Positions 26,432 to 40,283 of a stretch of DNA of 64,000 nucleotides are shown in pieces. The first letter of the stretch is position 1; each line of letters starts with the position of its first letter. The stretch spans positions 64,001 to 128,000 of the forward strand of contig CBDCCZ010000042.1 in assembly GCA_965215005.1 (NCBI GenBank). The letters run 5' to 3'. A program made the translations under genes and the position numbers. Below the pieces are notes generated by a model. The model worked only from the letters and a program-made list of their open reading frames with translations. It was not told where the DNA came from and ran no database searches. This DNA is from Kofleriaceae bacterium. GTDB lineage: Bacteria; Myxococcota_A; Polyangia; Haliangiales; Haliangiaceae.

Positions 26432-27529
26432 TTAGCGGCGCCGGCGCCGCGGCCAAAGCACGAGCAGCAGCGCCGCGAGCCAGCCGCGGCCGCCCAAGGA
26501 GACACGGCAACCGCTTTCGGCAGCCGTGCACGAGTCGGTGCCCCTTGCCGCGTGGCACTCCTCCTCGGACGCGCCGCCCACGGGACAATCGAGGTCGACC
26601 GCCGCACACTCCTGAGCGCACACGCCGTTGAAACCGCACGCGTCACAATCGGGGTCGGAAAACTGGCCGCACCCTTCTTCGACGCAGGTGCCATCGGCGG
26701 CGCAGGGTCCCGTCCACGCGGCAATGACCTCGGCCAGCGAGTCGTCGAGATGCCAGTCCAAACGCGTCGCCCGCGACTCGCCTTTGCAGCCAGCGGCGCC
26801 AAAGGAGGTGACGGCGATGAGCTCCTCGCGGCCGTCGTCATCTACATCGAGAAATAATGGCCCGCCCGAGTCACCTCGGCAGATGTTGACGCGCTCGCCG
26901 CCAAACCGGACGAACGGACCGTCGACGCTCGAGAGCGTCATCGTCGCCTCTCGCTTGACGCCCGCTCCGAGCTGCGCGTCACCGTCGCTCACCCCGAAGC
27001 CGACCACGCGGATCGGTTGCCCCTGCAGCGCTGCCGTGAGCGGCTCGCGGTTGTAGGGCAACGGCTCATATCCCGAGGGTGCGGCATCGATACGAACCAG
27101 GCCGAGGTCGAAGCCGTCGTAGAGGCCGCCGCGGTAGCGCCGATGGGCAAACTGGTCGACAACCGCCGCCGAGGCGACAAAGCCTGCGTCGCCGCCGGTG
27201 CCAAAGCGAGCGGTGCCGCGGCCGGCGGTGCCAGCGTCGATGTTAGATTTGACACAATGCGCCGCGGTGAGCACCACCGTTGGCGCAATCAGCGAGCCGG
27301 TGCACAGGCCGGAGTCGGTCTCGAGCATGACCACCGAGGGATCGGCGCGATCCACCGTGCCGCCGATGATGTTCTGCTCACTGGCTGCTGTAGCCCTCTC
27401 GCCAGTGACGTTGCGCCCGGTTGCAGTGGCCAGCTCGCCAGCGTCGCCTGGGTGCTCGAACGCCACCAACGTCGCCACGGTTGCGGCGGTCGCTGCAGCC
27501 ACTACCGCTGGCGTGCGCAGGCGTTGCAT
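26432..27529 (-). CDS. Secreted trypsin-like (S1) serine protease with C-terminal MYXO-CTERM-like signal
   Basis: IIGG, CTGSLI, LTAAHC, CRGDSGGP; Cys-rich linker; GCRVS..WLAALLLVLWPRRRRR. Confidence 0.9.
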   Translation of the reverse strand: MQRLRTPAVVAAATAATVATLVAFEHPGDAGELATATGRNVTGERATAASEQNIIGGTVDRADPSVVMLETDSGLCTGSLIAPTVVLTAAHCVKSNIDAGTAGRGTARFGTGGDAGFVASAAVVDQFAHRRYRGGLYDGFDLGLVRIDAAPSGYEPLPYNREPLTAALQGQPIRVVGFGVSDGDAQLGAGVKREATMTLSSVDGPFVRFGGERVNICRGDSGGPLFLDVDDDGREELIAVTSFGAAGCKGESRATRLDWHLDDSLAEVIAAWTGPCAADGTCVEEGCGQFSDPDCDACGFNGVCAQECAAVDLDCPVGGASEEECHAARGTDSCTAAESGCRVSLGGRGWLAALLLVLWPRRRRR

Positions 27530-27610
27530 GCTGCTGCAGAGGGTGTCTCTAGAAGACTGCGTCGGCAATCTCACAAGCGATTTCTATCGGTGGCGGATTC
27601 TCACCAGCAG

Positions 27611-27700
27611 GCCGCCGCGGGATGGATGACGTGCCCCCTTCGGCGTCTCCTCAAGCGATTGTTGCGTTGCTTGCGGTTTGCCGACCTAGCCGTAAACCAC
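27611..27700 (-). repeat. Dispersed structured repeat, copy A
   Basis: Its ~70-nt core closely matches 63844-63915 in reverse complement (about 85% by eye); also shares the CGTCA-N7-CGCGGCGGC module. Confidence 0.85.
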
Positions 27701-27791
27701 CAGTCGCCTTGCAATCGCACAGCGGCGGTCACTGGAAATTCTCGATTGACTCTTGCGAGCGCGGCCACGGTTGCGCAATCGTCGCGGTTCT

Positions 27792-29723
27792 ATGGCCGGG
27801 AGCAGGGATGTGGATGCATGCGCTCTGCCGGCCGCGGCGCCGCCTGCTGCACCCGCTGACGCGGCGCTGCGAGAGGCGGGTGCGGACCGAGCATCGCTCG
27901 ACGACGAAGGTTGCGCTGGCGATGCCCTCGAAGCGCGGATGCTCGCCATTGCGCAAGAGCGCTTCGGAATCCGCGCCTTTCGCCCCGGCCAAGCGCTCAC
28001 GATCCGCAACGTGTTGGCTGGCACCGACACCCTCGCGATCATGCCGACCGGCGGCGGCAAGTCGCTCTGCTATCAACTGCCGGCGCTCGAACTCGCCGGC
28101 GTAACGCTGGTGGTCTCGCCGCTCATCGCGCTGATGAAAGATCAGCACGACAAGCTCGCGGTGCTCGACATCGACGTATTGCGGCTGGACTCGACTCTCA
28201 CGCCGCGCGATGAGAGCGCCGCGCTTGCACGCCTTGGCAACGGCGAGCCATGCATTGCTTACGTCACCCCCGAGCGACTCGGCGAGGCAAAATTTCGCGA
28301 GCGCTTGAGCGGAGTGCGGGTGGCGCTGTTCGTCGTCGACGAGGCGCACTGCATCTCGCAGTGGGGACACGACTTCCGCCCCGCCTATCTCGGCCTCGGC
28401 GAGGCAGTGCGCGCCATCGGTCGGCCGCCGGTGTTGGCGCTGACCGCCACCGCGCCGCCGCGGGTCAAAGACGACGTCCTGGCGCAGCTCGCCATCGCCG
28501 ACGCCTCGGTCATCGATGTCGGCCTGAAGCGTCCCAATCTCCACTACCACGTGTTCGAGGCCCGTTCGGAGCGCAAGAAACGCGACTTGCTGCTCCGACT
28601 GCTCGACCGCCAGCAGGGCTGCGGCATCATTTATGCTGCCACCGTCAAGACCGTGGATGCGCTGGCCGATTTTCTGGCTGATTCGGGCATCGACTGCGGT
28701 CGCTACCACGGCCGGATGCGCGCCAAAGAGCGCGACCACGTGCAGACCGCGTTCATGGAGCGCTCCGAGCCGCGCATCATGGTGGCGACCAATGCGTTTG
28801 GCCTCGGGGTCGACAAGCAGGACCTGCGCTTCGTCATTCACTACAATTTCCCCGGTTCGCTCGAAGCGTATTATCAGGAAGCCGGGCGCGGCGGCCGTGA
28901 TGGCAATCCGGCCAACTGCATTCTGCTGTACCAACCGCAGGACAAGCGCATTCAGAGCTTCTTTCTCGGTGGCCGCTACCCGACGCCCGAGCAGACTCTG
29001 GCGGTGGCCGACGCCCTGCTCGGTCTCCACGAGATGAACGACGACCCGGCGCCGCTCAAAGCGATCGCCGAGCGCGCCGATGCGCCCACCAAAAAGGCGC
29101 GCGTGGTGCTCTCGTTCCTCAAAGAGGTCGGCTTTGCCGCGGAGCACAGCGGCGCGCGGTTTCGTCCGCTGGCGGCCCAGCCTCCGGGTCTCGCGGAGCT
29201 TGCGCGCGCCACCCAACGCTACGAGCAAAAGCGCCTGCAAGACCGATCGCGACTGGCGGCGATGTTGCGCTACGCCAAGTCGCACCTGTGCCGCACGCGG
29301 CTCTTGCTCAGCTATTTCGGCTATCACGACGACGAAGAAGCCTGCGGCCACTGCGACAACTGTCTCAGCGCCGAAGAACACCACGAGGCGCGGGTTCGCC
29401 ACGACGCTGCCGCCGGTCTCGCCGCGACGCGCGCCGCGGAGCGTGCCGCCGAGACCGACGCGAGCGCCGACGACCGCCGCGCCAAGCTCGCCCAAGCGAT
29501 GGCGCGCCGGCGTGCGCGGCAAGACCGCGGCCGCGCCCTCAAAGTTGATCGCGGCCGCCGCGCAACCACCTCTAGCACCGGCTTCGACAAGGGCGATTTA
29601 GTGCGCCACAAGACCTGGGGCGAGGGAGAAATCGTCCGCATTCTCGGCGACACCGTGGGTGCCTTTTTTCCGGGTGTGGGCGAAAAGCTCTTAAAAGCCA
29701 GCTTCTTAGAGAAGGTCGAATAA
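27792..29723 (+). CDS. recQ: RecQ-family DNA helicase with C-terminal Tudor-like domain
   Basis: MPTGGGKSLCYQLP, DEAHCISQWGHDFRP, ALTATA, YYQEAGRGGRDG, CR..CGHCDNC; start uncertain. Confidence 0.92.
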   Translation: MAGSRDVDACALPAAAPPAAPADAALREAGADRASLDDEGCAGDALEARMLAIAQERFGIRAFRPGQALTIRNVLAGTDTLAIMPTGGGKSLCYQLPALELAGVTLVVSPLIALMKDQHDKLAVLDIDVLRLDSTLTPRDESAALARLGNGEPCIAYVTPERLGEAKFRERLSGVRVALFVVDEAHCISQWGHDFRPAYLGLGEAVRAIGRPPVLALTATAPPRVKDDVLAQLAIADASVIDVGLKRPNLHYHVFEARSERKKRDLLLRLLDRQQGCGIIYAATVKTVDALADFLADSGIDCGRYHGRMRAKERDHVQTAFMERSEPRIMVATNAFGLGVDKQDLRFVIHYNFPGSLEAYYQEAGRGGRDGNPANCILLYQPQDKRIQSFFLGGRYPTPEQTLAVADALLGLHEMNDDPAPLKAIAERADAPTKKARVVLSFLKEVGFAAEHSGARFRPLAAQPPGLAELARATQRYEQKRLQDRSRLAAMLRYAKSHLCRTRLLLSYFGYHDDEEACGHCDNCLSAEEHHEARVRHDAAAGLAATRAAERAAETDASADDRRAKLAQAMARRRARQDRGRALKVDRGRRATTSSTGFDKGDLVRHKTWGEGEIVRILGDTVGAFFPGVGEKLLKASFLEKVE

Positions 29724-29945
29724 GCGCCGACGCCATCGATGTTCACGAACTCGTTGGCGAGCCTATACGCAGCGCTCGCGCAGCGCGCTGTTGCCGGAGC
29801 TCGATCTGACGTTGCTGGCGAGCTTTCTACAGCACAAGAGTCAGACCAGCGCCGTCCGCGACTTCCGCGCCGCGCTCGCGTTAGGCTGAGCGGCTCCTGC
29901 GGCGGGATGGCGGCGATTTCTGCGCTCGCTGCGCCGGCGAGCGAG

Positions 29946-30878
29946 TCAATACAAGGCGGCCGGGGCATTCTCCAGCCACCGCGTTGGCGTCGGCGCCACG
30001 GCCTGCGTGGCCGCGGTGCTGCACGTGCCGCCGTAGGACAGCGCGATGCTCTGGTGGGTGCCCGCGGCGGTGCTGGTCTCGCGCACCAGCCTACCCACGC
30101 CGTCGTAGTCGAACGACACCGCTGCGTTTGGCTCTTGCACCCGTACCAGCCGACCGTCCCTATAGTGCGGCCGCCACGCGCCTCCTGCCGCGTCATCGGC
30201 GCCGAGCCAGCGGCCAGCATCCCATCGGTGCCGTCGCTCCAGCGACTGCGGGCACAACGCATCGGCGATCACGCAGACGCGCGACTCGGTGACGAGCCGG
30301 CCGGCACTATCGTAGCCAAATCGCGCGCGGCGAACCGGCAATCCCGACTCGAGCTCGACTCGCACGACCAGCTGCTCGTTCTGGTAGAGCTCCTGCAACA
30401 GCGCCGTGCGCATCCCGCGCTGCTCGCGATGCGCGCGCCGCTCTACCAACCGGCCGCGATCGTCGTAGCGCCGCTCGATGACCACGGCTGCGCCGTCGCC
30501 ACGCCCCGAACCGCGCGCCTCGCTGATGCGCGCGCCGATACTCCGGCCACGCTGGTAGTGAAACTGGGCGCGGCGCGCCCGGTTCATTGAAACCATGGGT
30601 TGCGATTCGAGACTGGCCGATCGCACCTGCGGCTCGAACCGCAGCTCGACCAAGCGGCCGCTGGCGTCATAGCGATAGCGAGTCAACCCTTCGGCGCTTC
30701 GCCGCAGATGCAGCTCACCGCGCGCGTCATAGGTGCGCAGCTCGCGCACGCCGTCATCGCGGGTGAGGGTGATCTCGCACGTTGGCTCGAGCTCGCGCTG
30801 CGACACGCGTTGGGACCCCGCGCAGCTACTGCTGACGATGGCGAGGAGGAGACCAGCGACACGAGTGGGGCGGCTCAC
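29946..30878 (-). CDS. YD/RHS-repeat lipoprotein
   Basis: Lipobox-like VSSSC; repeated YD..GRLV units (YDARGE, YDASGRL, YDDRGRL, YDSAGRL, YDGVGRL). Confidence 0.75.
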   Translation of the reverse strand: MSRPTRVAGLLLAIVSSSCAGSQRVSQRELEPTCEITLTRDDGVRELRTYDARGELHLRRSAEGLTRYRYDASGRLVELRFEPQVRSASLESQPMVSMNRARRAQFHYQRGRSIGARISEARGSGRGDGAAVVIERRYDDRGRLVERRAHREQRGMRTALLQELYQNEQLVVRVELESGLPVRRARFGYDSAGRLVTESRVCVIADALCPQSLERRHRWDAGRWLGADDAAGGAWRPHYRDGRLVRVQEPNAAVSFDYDGVGRLVRETSTAAGTHQSIALSYGGTCSTAATQAVAPTPTRWLENAPAALY

Positions 30879-30964
30879 GATGGGTTAGTTCGGCCATCGG
30901 CGGATCGTCCTGAAGCGTGTCGTGAGCGAGTCCACGGCTCGACAGCGACATATCGCGCCACAGA

Positions 30965-31747
30965 CTACGCGTCGTGACGCCGCTGCCGCGCGACCTCGTA
31001 GAGGACGATGCCGGCCGCGACGCTCACGTTGAGCGAGCCAACGGCGGCGTGCGGCATTGGGATCTCTACGGCGAAATCGCAGCTCTTGGCGATCAGCGGT
31101 CGCAATCCGCGGCCTTCGGCGCCGAGCACCAACGCGAGTGGACTCTTGCCCTCGAGCGTCCACAGCGGCTGCGCGTTGTCGCCTGCGGCCACGGCCGCCA
31201 GCCACAAACCGGCTTGTTTGAGGTCAGCCAGGGTGCGCGCGAGATTGGTTACGCAGGCGATCGGCAGGTGCTCGGTGGCGCCAGCGGAGGCCTTGGTTAC
31301 CACCGCGGTGACCGTCGCCGCGCGCCGCTCGGGAATGATCAACAGATGCGCGCCGAGCACGTAGCTCGAGCGCACGATGGCGCCCAGGTTGTGCGGGTCT
31401 TGAACGCCATCGAGGCACACGACGAGGGGGGTGTCGCCGGCGGCGCGGACGCTATCGAGCACTTCGAAGGCATCGGCGTAGGCCAGCTCACCGGCGATCG
31501 CGACCACGCCCTGATGACGCGCGTCGTGCGGAGTGAGCGCGTCGAGCTCGCGGCGGTCGCGCGGCTCGATGGCAATGCCGCGGGCCTTGGCCTCGCGCAC
31601 CAGCTCTTCGTGCGGGTCGCTGCCGGCGCGGCGCTTGCCACTGGCGGTGCGCGACACCGCAACGTAGATGACGTGGACGTCGCCGCCACCGGCGCGCAAG
31701 AGCTCGCGCACTGGCCCAACCCCATAGACCTGCCGGCGTGCGCTCAT
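30965..31747 (-). CDS. rlmB: 23S rRNA (G2251-2'-O)-methyltransferase, SPOUT family
   Basis: HQGVVA, LDGVQDPHNLGAIVRS, KASAGA, LGAEGRG, SLNVSVAAGI. Confidence 0.92.
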   Translation of the reverse strand: MSARRQVYGVGPVRELLRAGGGDVHVIYVAVSRTASGKRRAGSDPHEELVREAKARGIAIEPRDRRELDALTPHDARHQGVVAIAGELAYADAFEVLDSVRAAGDTPLVVCLDGVQDPHNLGAIVRSSYVLGAHLLIIPERRAATVTAVVTKASAGATEHLPIACVTNLARTLADLKQAGLWLAAVAAGDNAQPLWTLEGKSPLALVLGAEGRGLRPLIAKSCDFAVEIPMPHAAVGSLNVSVAAGIVLYEVARQRRHDA

Positions 31748-32442
31748 GCGAGCTCCGCGGCGATCGCGCGCGCCGCAGCGGCGGGATCCGCCGCGCGCCA
31801 AATCGGACGCCCCACGACCACCAAGTCCGCACCCGCCGCGCGCGCTTGCCGCGGCGTCATCACGCGCTTCTGATCGTCGGCGGCGAGCCCGGCGGGACGG
31901 ACGCCGGGCGTCAAGATCACCAGCTCCGAGGTGGTTGCCGCGCGCACGGCAGCGGCCTCGTGGGGCGAGCACACCACCCCATCGCAACCGCTCGCGAGCG
32001 CCAACCGAGCGCGGCGCAAGGCCAGCGCCGCCGGCGACCCGGCGATACCCACGGCGCGCAAATCATCCTCGTCGAGCGAGGTGAGCGCGGTGACTGCGAG
32101 CACCCGCGTGCCGCTGCCACGACACGCTCGAGCCGCGGCCTCGAGCATCGCCTGGCCGCCGCCGGCGTGAACCGTCAACAGCTCCACTCCCAATGCGACG
32201 GCGCGCTCGCTGGCGCGCTCCACCGTGTGCGGGATGTCGTGCAGCTTGACGTCGAGCATGATGCGAAAGCCGCGCCGCACGAAATCGCGCACCACCTGCG
32301 GTCCCTCGGCCATGAACAGCTCGAGCCCGATTTTCAGCCAGTCGCAGTGCCCGGTCAGCGCCGTCGCCAACGCCTCCGCGGCGGCGGCATTGGCAACATC
32401 GAGCGGCACCACCAACCGGCTACCAGGATCGAACGCAGTCAT
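31744..32442 (-). CDS. pyrF: Orotidine-5'-phosphate decarboxylase
   Basis: LKIGLEL, LDVKLHDIPHTV, TVHAGGG, VTALTS, TPGVRP, DQKRVMTP, VVGRPI. Confidence 0.96.
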   Translation of the reverse strand: MTAFDPGSRLVVPLDVANAAAAEALATALTGHCDWLKIGLELFMAEGPQVVRDFVRRGFRIMLDVKLHDIPHTVERASERAVALGVELLTVHAGGGQAMLEAAARACRGSGTRVLAVTALTSLDEDDLRAVGIAGSPAALALRRARLALASGCDGVVCSPHEAAAVRAATTSELVILTPGVRPAGLAADDQKRVMTPRQARAAGADLVVVGRPIWRAADPAAAARAIAAELA

Positions 32443-32532
32443 GAAATCACCCTTCGCCACCTCACCGGCGGGCTCAACGTCTCACCGCGGATGGCATTGC
32501 CGCTGGGTTGTACGGGGCCAAGGCCATTGCCG

Positions 32533-34437
32533 TCAACGCGGCCGCAGCGCGCGAATCTCGTAGTCGCCGTCGACCTCGTCCTTTTGCACCAAAAACAACA
32601 GGCCATCATCGCCGCGCCGCCGCAGCCCATCGAATCGCACCGTGCCAGTGACCCCTGCCACCGAGCCGGCCGCCATCGCCGCGGCGAGCTCAACGCGGGT
32701 TCTGGCGCCGCCCTCGATGGCTCGGCGCAGCGCCAGCGCCGCGTCGTAGGTATAGGCGTCGATGGCGGTGGGCGACTTGCCAAACGCTTGCTCATACCGA
32801 TCGACGAACGCGCGAACCTGCGCGTCATTGCGGTCGGGGTAGAAACCGGGCGCCAACACCGCGCCAGCGCTGTAGCGCCCAGCGCTGCGGGTGTAGCGTG
32901 GCGCCAGGAACTCCGCGGTCGAGAGCAGCAAGATTTTGCGGCCATGGGCCGGCGCGGCTGCATCGATCGGCTGCGCCACCAAATTGCCAGCGGCGAGCGC
33001 CGGGGCGATGAGCTCCAAGCGAGCGGCTTGATCGGGCACGAACACCGCCTGCCACGGCTTGGACAACCGTTTTACGTGCTCGCCAAACGAGGTCTGCGCC
33101 TCCGGGTACCGCTCTTCGACGACGACCTGGCCTCCCAGTCGCTCGACCTCCTGGCGGAACGCCGCGCCTACCGTGCGCCCGTAGCCGCTTTGCGGCGCCA
33201 GAATCGCGAAATCGCGGACTCCGTGTTCGGAGGCGTAACGGGCCAGCGCTTGCGCGCGTGCCTCCGCCGAGTGGACGACATGAAAGATGTACTCCGAGGC
33301 GCCGGCGGTCCGCGCTTCGGGGCGCGGATTGAGCGTCACCAGCGGCACCCCAACCTCGGAAGCCCGAACCGAGGCGGCATCGACGGTGGGTCCCGAAAGC
33401 GGGCCGACGATCGCAATCGCGCCCTCGGCGAGCGCCGCATCGACCGCCGCTGCGGCTCCGCCCGTGCCCGACGCGGTGTCGTGGACGGTGACGCGAAATG
33501 GTTTTGGCAGCTCGCCGGGGCGATCACTGGCCGCCGGCGCAAACGTGCCCGATGCGATGGAGAGCCCGCTCACCACCAAATCCCCGCGCCGCGACCGCTT
33601 GCCGGTGACGTCGACGATGGAGCCGAGAAGATCGGGCTCGCCCCCCGCCCCTTGGCCAGCCCGCGCGCTCAGCCCGAGCCGCCGCCGCGCATCCTCGACG
33701 TCGGCACGAATGCGAGCGGCGCGCCCCGGATCACCTTGAGTGGCGTAGTCGCCGGCAACACGCGGTCCGAGCACCGCGGTGGCGATGCCGTCGCGGTGCT
33801 GCAGCGATTCCCACGCCCGCTGCGCCGCCTCGACGTCGGCGGCAGCCACCACCGCGCCGACCTGCTCGAGGATGAACGCCTGCTCGGAACGCCGCGCCAG
33901 CGGATACCACGCATCGAAGTACGGCAGCGACGCCAGAGGCTCGGGCCCGCGACTGCTGGCAAGCGCGGTAGCAGCGAGCCACTCGAGACGCTCGCCCTCG
34001 GTCTCCACGGCGTCTTTGGCGCCGATGAGCAGCGGCAACGCGCGCTGGTGGTCGCCCTGATAGTTGTACGCGATGCCCAAAAACAGCTGCGCGCGCTCTC
34101 GCAACCGCGGCTCGACGTCGACATCGGCGGCGACCAGTTGCAAATGGCTCACCGCCTGCTCGAGCTCTTCTTGCGCCAGCGCCGCCATGCCCGCGTAGAG
34201 CCGCGCGTACGGCGCGATGGGATCCGAGGGATAGCTCTCGGCGATCGCGGCGAACGCATCCATGCCGTCGCCGTCGCGCTCGAAGCGCTGCTGGGCCTGG
34301 CGAAACTGCGCTTGCGCGGTGGCATCGCCGTGGGTGGGGATGGTCGCGCTGAGAGGTTTCCGGCTGCGCCCTCCACAGCCGAGCGCTGCCAGAAGCCCAA
34401 TCATCGACACCCACGCTAGAAGGCGTTGTAACCGCAT
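32533..34437 (-). CDS. LppC/LpoA-like lipoprotein (TPR plus periplasmic-binding fold)
   Basis: Lipobox LAALGC; TPR-like N-terminal half; AIVGPL, YGR..AF, AVFVPD, YDAA in the C-terminal domain. Confidence 0.8.
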   Translation of the reverse strand: MRLQRLLAWVSMIGLLAALGCGGRSRKPLSATIPTHGDATAQAQFRQAQQRFERDGDGMDAFAAIAESYPSDPIAPYARLYAGMAALAQEELEQAVSHLQLVAADVDVEPRLRERAQLFLGIAYNYQGDHQRALPLLIGAKDAVETEGERLEWLAATALASSRGPEPLASLPYFDAWYPLARRSEQAFILEQVGAVVAAADVEAAQRAWESLQHRDGIATAVLGPRVAGDYATQGDPGRAARIRADVEDARRRLGLSARAGQGAGGEPDLLGSIVDVTGKRSRRGDLVVSGLSIASGTFAPAASDRPGELPKPFRVTVHDTASGTGGAAAAVDAALAEGAIAIVGPLSGPTVDAASVRASEVGVPLVTLNPRPEARTAGASEYIFHVVHSAEARAQALARYASEHGVRDFAILAPQSGYGRTVGAAFRQEVERLGGQVVVEERYPEAQTSFGEHVKRLSKPWQAVFVPDQAARLELIAPALAAGNLVAQPIDAAAPAHGRKILLLSTAEFLAPRYTRSAGRYSAGAVLAPGFYPDRNDAQVRAFVDRYEQAFGKSPTAIDAYTYDAALALRRAIEGGARTRVELAAAMAAGSVAGVTGTVRFDGLRRRGDDGLLFLVQKDEVDGDYEIRALRPR

Positions 34438-34504
34438 TGCAGGGCCGACTCTATCCGCGGCCACCGACGGCGGCAAATCGAGTCTCGTCCGCTATAGTGC
34501 GCCG

Positions 34505-35530
34505 GTGTCGCAGGACCTCGACGAGCAAACAGCCGACCTCCTTCAAACCGCGTGGGAACGCCTCGATGCCGGCGACGCCGAGGCGGCGCTTCGGCTCGCG
34601 GTACGCGCGCAAAGCGCCGCGGGCGATCACGCCGAGGTGCTGATGCTGCAAGGCGCCATCGCCGCTCAACGCGACGACGTCGACGCCGCGCTCACGGCAA
34701 TGCGGCGTGCTGCAGAGGCGGATCCCACGCATCCTCGTCCGCTGATCTACGCCGCCGACCTGCAGCTCAATTTCTTTGATGATCCCGAAGCCGCCATCGA
34801 GCTCCTCGATCGCGCGATCGATCTCGCTGAAAACGACGATGAGCTGATCGATGCCGTCATCCTCAAGGCCGAGGCCGCCATCGCCACCGGTGAGCGCGAC
34901 GACGAAGCCCGCGAGTGTCTCGCCGAGCTCGAGGGCTGTGCAGTCGAAGACGCCGGCCTGTGGTGCGAGGCCGGCGATCTCTACATGGCGCTGGGCGACG
35001 TCGACCACGCCCAGCACTGCTATGAAGCCGCGCTCGATGAAGACGAAGTCGCCGATGCCTATCACGGGTTGGGAATGGTCTACGACGCGCGCGGCGCCCA
35101 GGAGGCCATGGTCGGCGCATGGCGACGCACCCGCGAGCTCGATCTGGCGGCGGCGCCCGAGGCGTGGCATCTGCCGCCCGCCGAGTTCGAGGCCATCGCC
35201 GAAGCCGCGCTGCGCGAGCTCCCCCGCGAGGTCCTCGACCGGCTCGAGAACGTCCCCATCTTGATCGAAGATGCGCCGAGCGAGGCGCTCATCGCCGACG
35301 GCACCGATCCCCGCCTGCTGGGCCTCTTTAGCGGCACCCCGATGCCGCAGAAGAGCACCGAGGGGCAGCCGCTCGCCATCGACACGGTGCACCTATTTCA
35401 GCGCAATATCGAGCGCGCCGCCGAGGGTCCCGAGCACCTCGCCGACGAAATTCGCATCACCGTCCTCCACGAGACCGCCCACTTCTTTGGCCTCACTGAG
35501 GATGACCTCGAGCGCCTCGGCCTCGACTGA
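34505..35530 (+). CDS. TPR protein with C-terminal zincin-like (DUF1025-type) metallopeptidase domain
   Basis: TPR repeats; LLGLFSG, LFQRNIER, ITVLHETAHFFG (HExxH), LERLGLD. Confidence 0.85.
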   Translation: MSQDLDEQTADLLQTAWERLDAGDAEAALRLAVRAQSAAGDHAEVLMLQGAIAAQRDDVDAALTAMRRAAEADPTHPRPLIYAADLQLNFFDDPEAAIELLDRAIDLAENDDELIDAVILKAEAAIATGERDDEARECLAELEGCAVEDAGLWCEAGDLYMALGDVDHAQHCYEAALDEDEVADAYHGLGMVYDARGAQEAMVGAWRRTRELDLAAAPEAWHLPPAEFEAIAEAALRELPREVLDRLENVPILIEDAPSEALIADGTDPRLLGLFSGTPMPQKSTEGQPLAIDTVHLFQRNIERAAEGPEHLADEIRITVLHETAHFFGLTEDDLERLGLD

Positions 35531-35629
35531 GCGGCGCTCGCGCTAGCGTCGGCGGACCTGGCAACGCGATATACCGGTCGGTTCTGCTCGTCGGAGTCAT
35601 TCCGCGCCCGCCAATCACGCGCTCGGCGC

Positions 35630-36538
35630 TCAGTCTGCAGCCTGCTCCAGCACCGTGGCGTGCGCCAGAAACGGCTCGGGATCGACGAAGCGCATGCGGC
35701 CGGCGATGGGTAGCTCGAGGCTGAAGTGCAGGTGCGGCGCTGAGCGCTTGATGCCGGTGGTACCGAGGCGGCCGATGACTTGCCCGGCCTGCACCTCGTC
35801 GCCTGGCTGCAGGTCCTCGGCGATGCTTTCCAGGTGCATGTAGGCGGTGTGAACCGCTTCTGGATGCTCGAGCTCGATGTAGAGGCCGCTCAGCGAGTCG
35901 GGGTTGCGATAGATCCGCTGCACCGTTCCCCAAGCGACGGCAACGATGGGCGTGCCGCGGTCTTCGAACAGATCGTTGCCGCAGTGCCCACCGCCGCACT
36001 CTGCGCGGCGAATCCCAGGACGATCGGCGCCAAAGCGCTGGGTGCCGCGCAGTGGCTGCTTATCGGCGATGTTCACGACCGGGTGGATCCAGTCGTTGAG
36101 GGTGGGAAAGCGCTCTTCGAGCGGCTCGAGCTCAACGTTGCTCACGTCCTCACCGACGATGGCAGTGGTATCCCAGGAGGGTGCATCGTCGGCGAAGTCG
36201 AAGACCTCGTCGAGCTCTAGCTCCTCGCGTGCCGGCGCCGCGGGGGCGCGTTGACGATCGGCGCCCCGCTCGATTGCGTCGGCCAGCGCTGGGCCGACGA
36301 TGCTGGCGCTCTTGGCTTGACGAAAGTTGCCATCGAAGGCAAAGGCAAACGCGGCCGCGGCGCCGGCGATAGCCACGCCGACTCGCGACACCCGTCGGCG
36401 CGGCGGCGCCTCATCCAGTGCCGCTGCAGCCGCGCGTTCGCACCGCGGGCACACGACCACGACCCGAACCCCTACGACGCGAACCTCTCCGGTTGGATCG
36501 AGATCGTCGCCGCACGTGGTGCATGCGAAGCGAGCCAC
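35630..36538 (-). CDS. M23-family metallopeptidase with N-terminal CxxC...CxxC motif and TM segment
   Basis: HCGNDL, GTPIVAV, YMHL, V.AGQVIG..G.TG, PHLHF; start uncertain. Confidence 0.85.
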   Translation of the reverse strand: MARFACTTCGDDLDPTGEVRVVGVRVVVVCPRCERAAAAALDEAPPRRRVSRVGVAIAGAAAAFAFAFDGNFRQAKSASIVGPALADAIERGADRQRAPAAPAREELELDEVFDFADDAPSWDTTAIVGEDVSNVELEPLEERFPTLNDWIHPVVNIADKQPLRGTQRFGADRPGIRRAECGGGHCGNDLFEDRGTPIVAVAWGTVQRIYRNPDSLSGLYIELEHPEAVHTAYMHLESIAEDLQPGDEVQAGQVIGRLGTTGIKRSAPHLHFSLELPIAGRMRFVDPEPFLAHATVLEQAAD

Positions 36539-36632
36539 CAGGCAGGACGCTAGCACGGCCCGCGCGCAGCGTTCGCCGCCGAGCCGCGCGAAAACGCCCG
36601 CCTCACACCCAACGAGCGATACGGCAGGAGAC

Positions 36633-40154
<3,522 letters not shown>

Positions 40155-40283
40155 GACGATCCTCGGTCCCGGCGCGCAGCGCGAACTACGGCCGGAAGCG
40201 ACTCCAGGTCTACGGGGAGAAGTCGCGACCTGCAATCATGACAGGCCGCTCCGACACGGGCGCCCGAGCCTGGCAGCAAAGCC

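Noticed and set aside
31738..34419. 893-aa plus-strand ORF
   Set aside because: Antisense shadow of pyrF and the LppC-like gene, typical of high-GC codon bias
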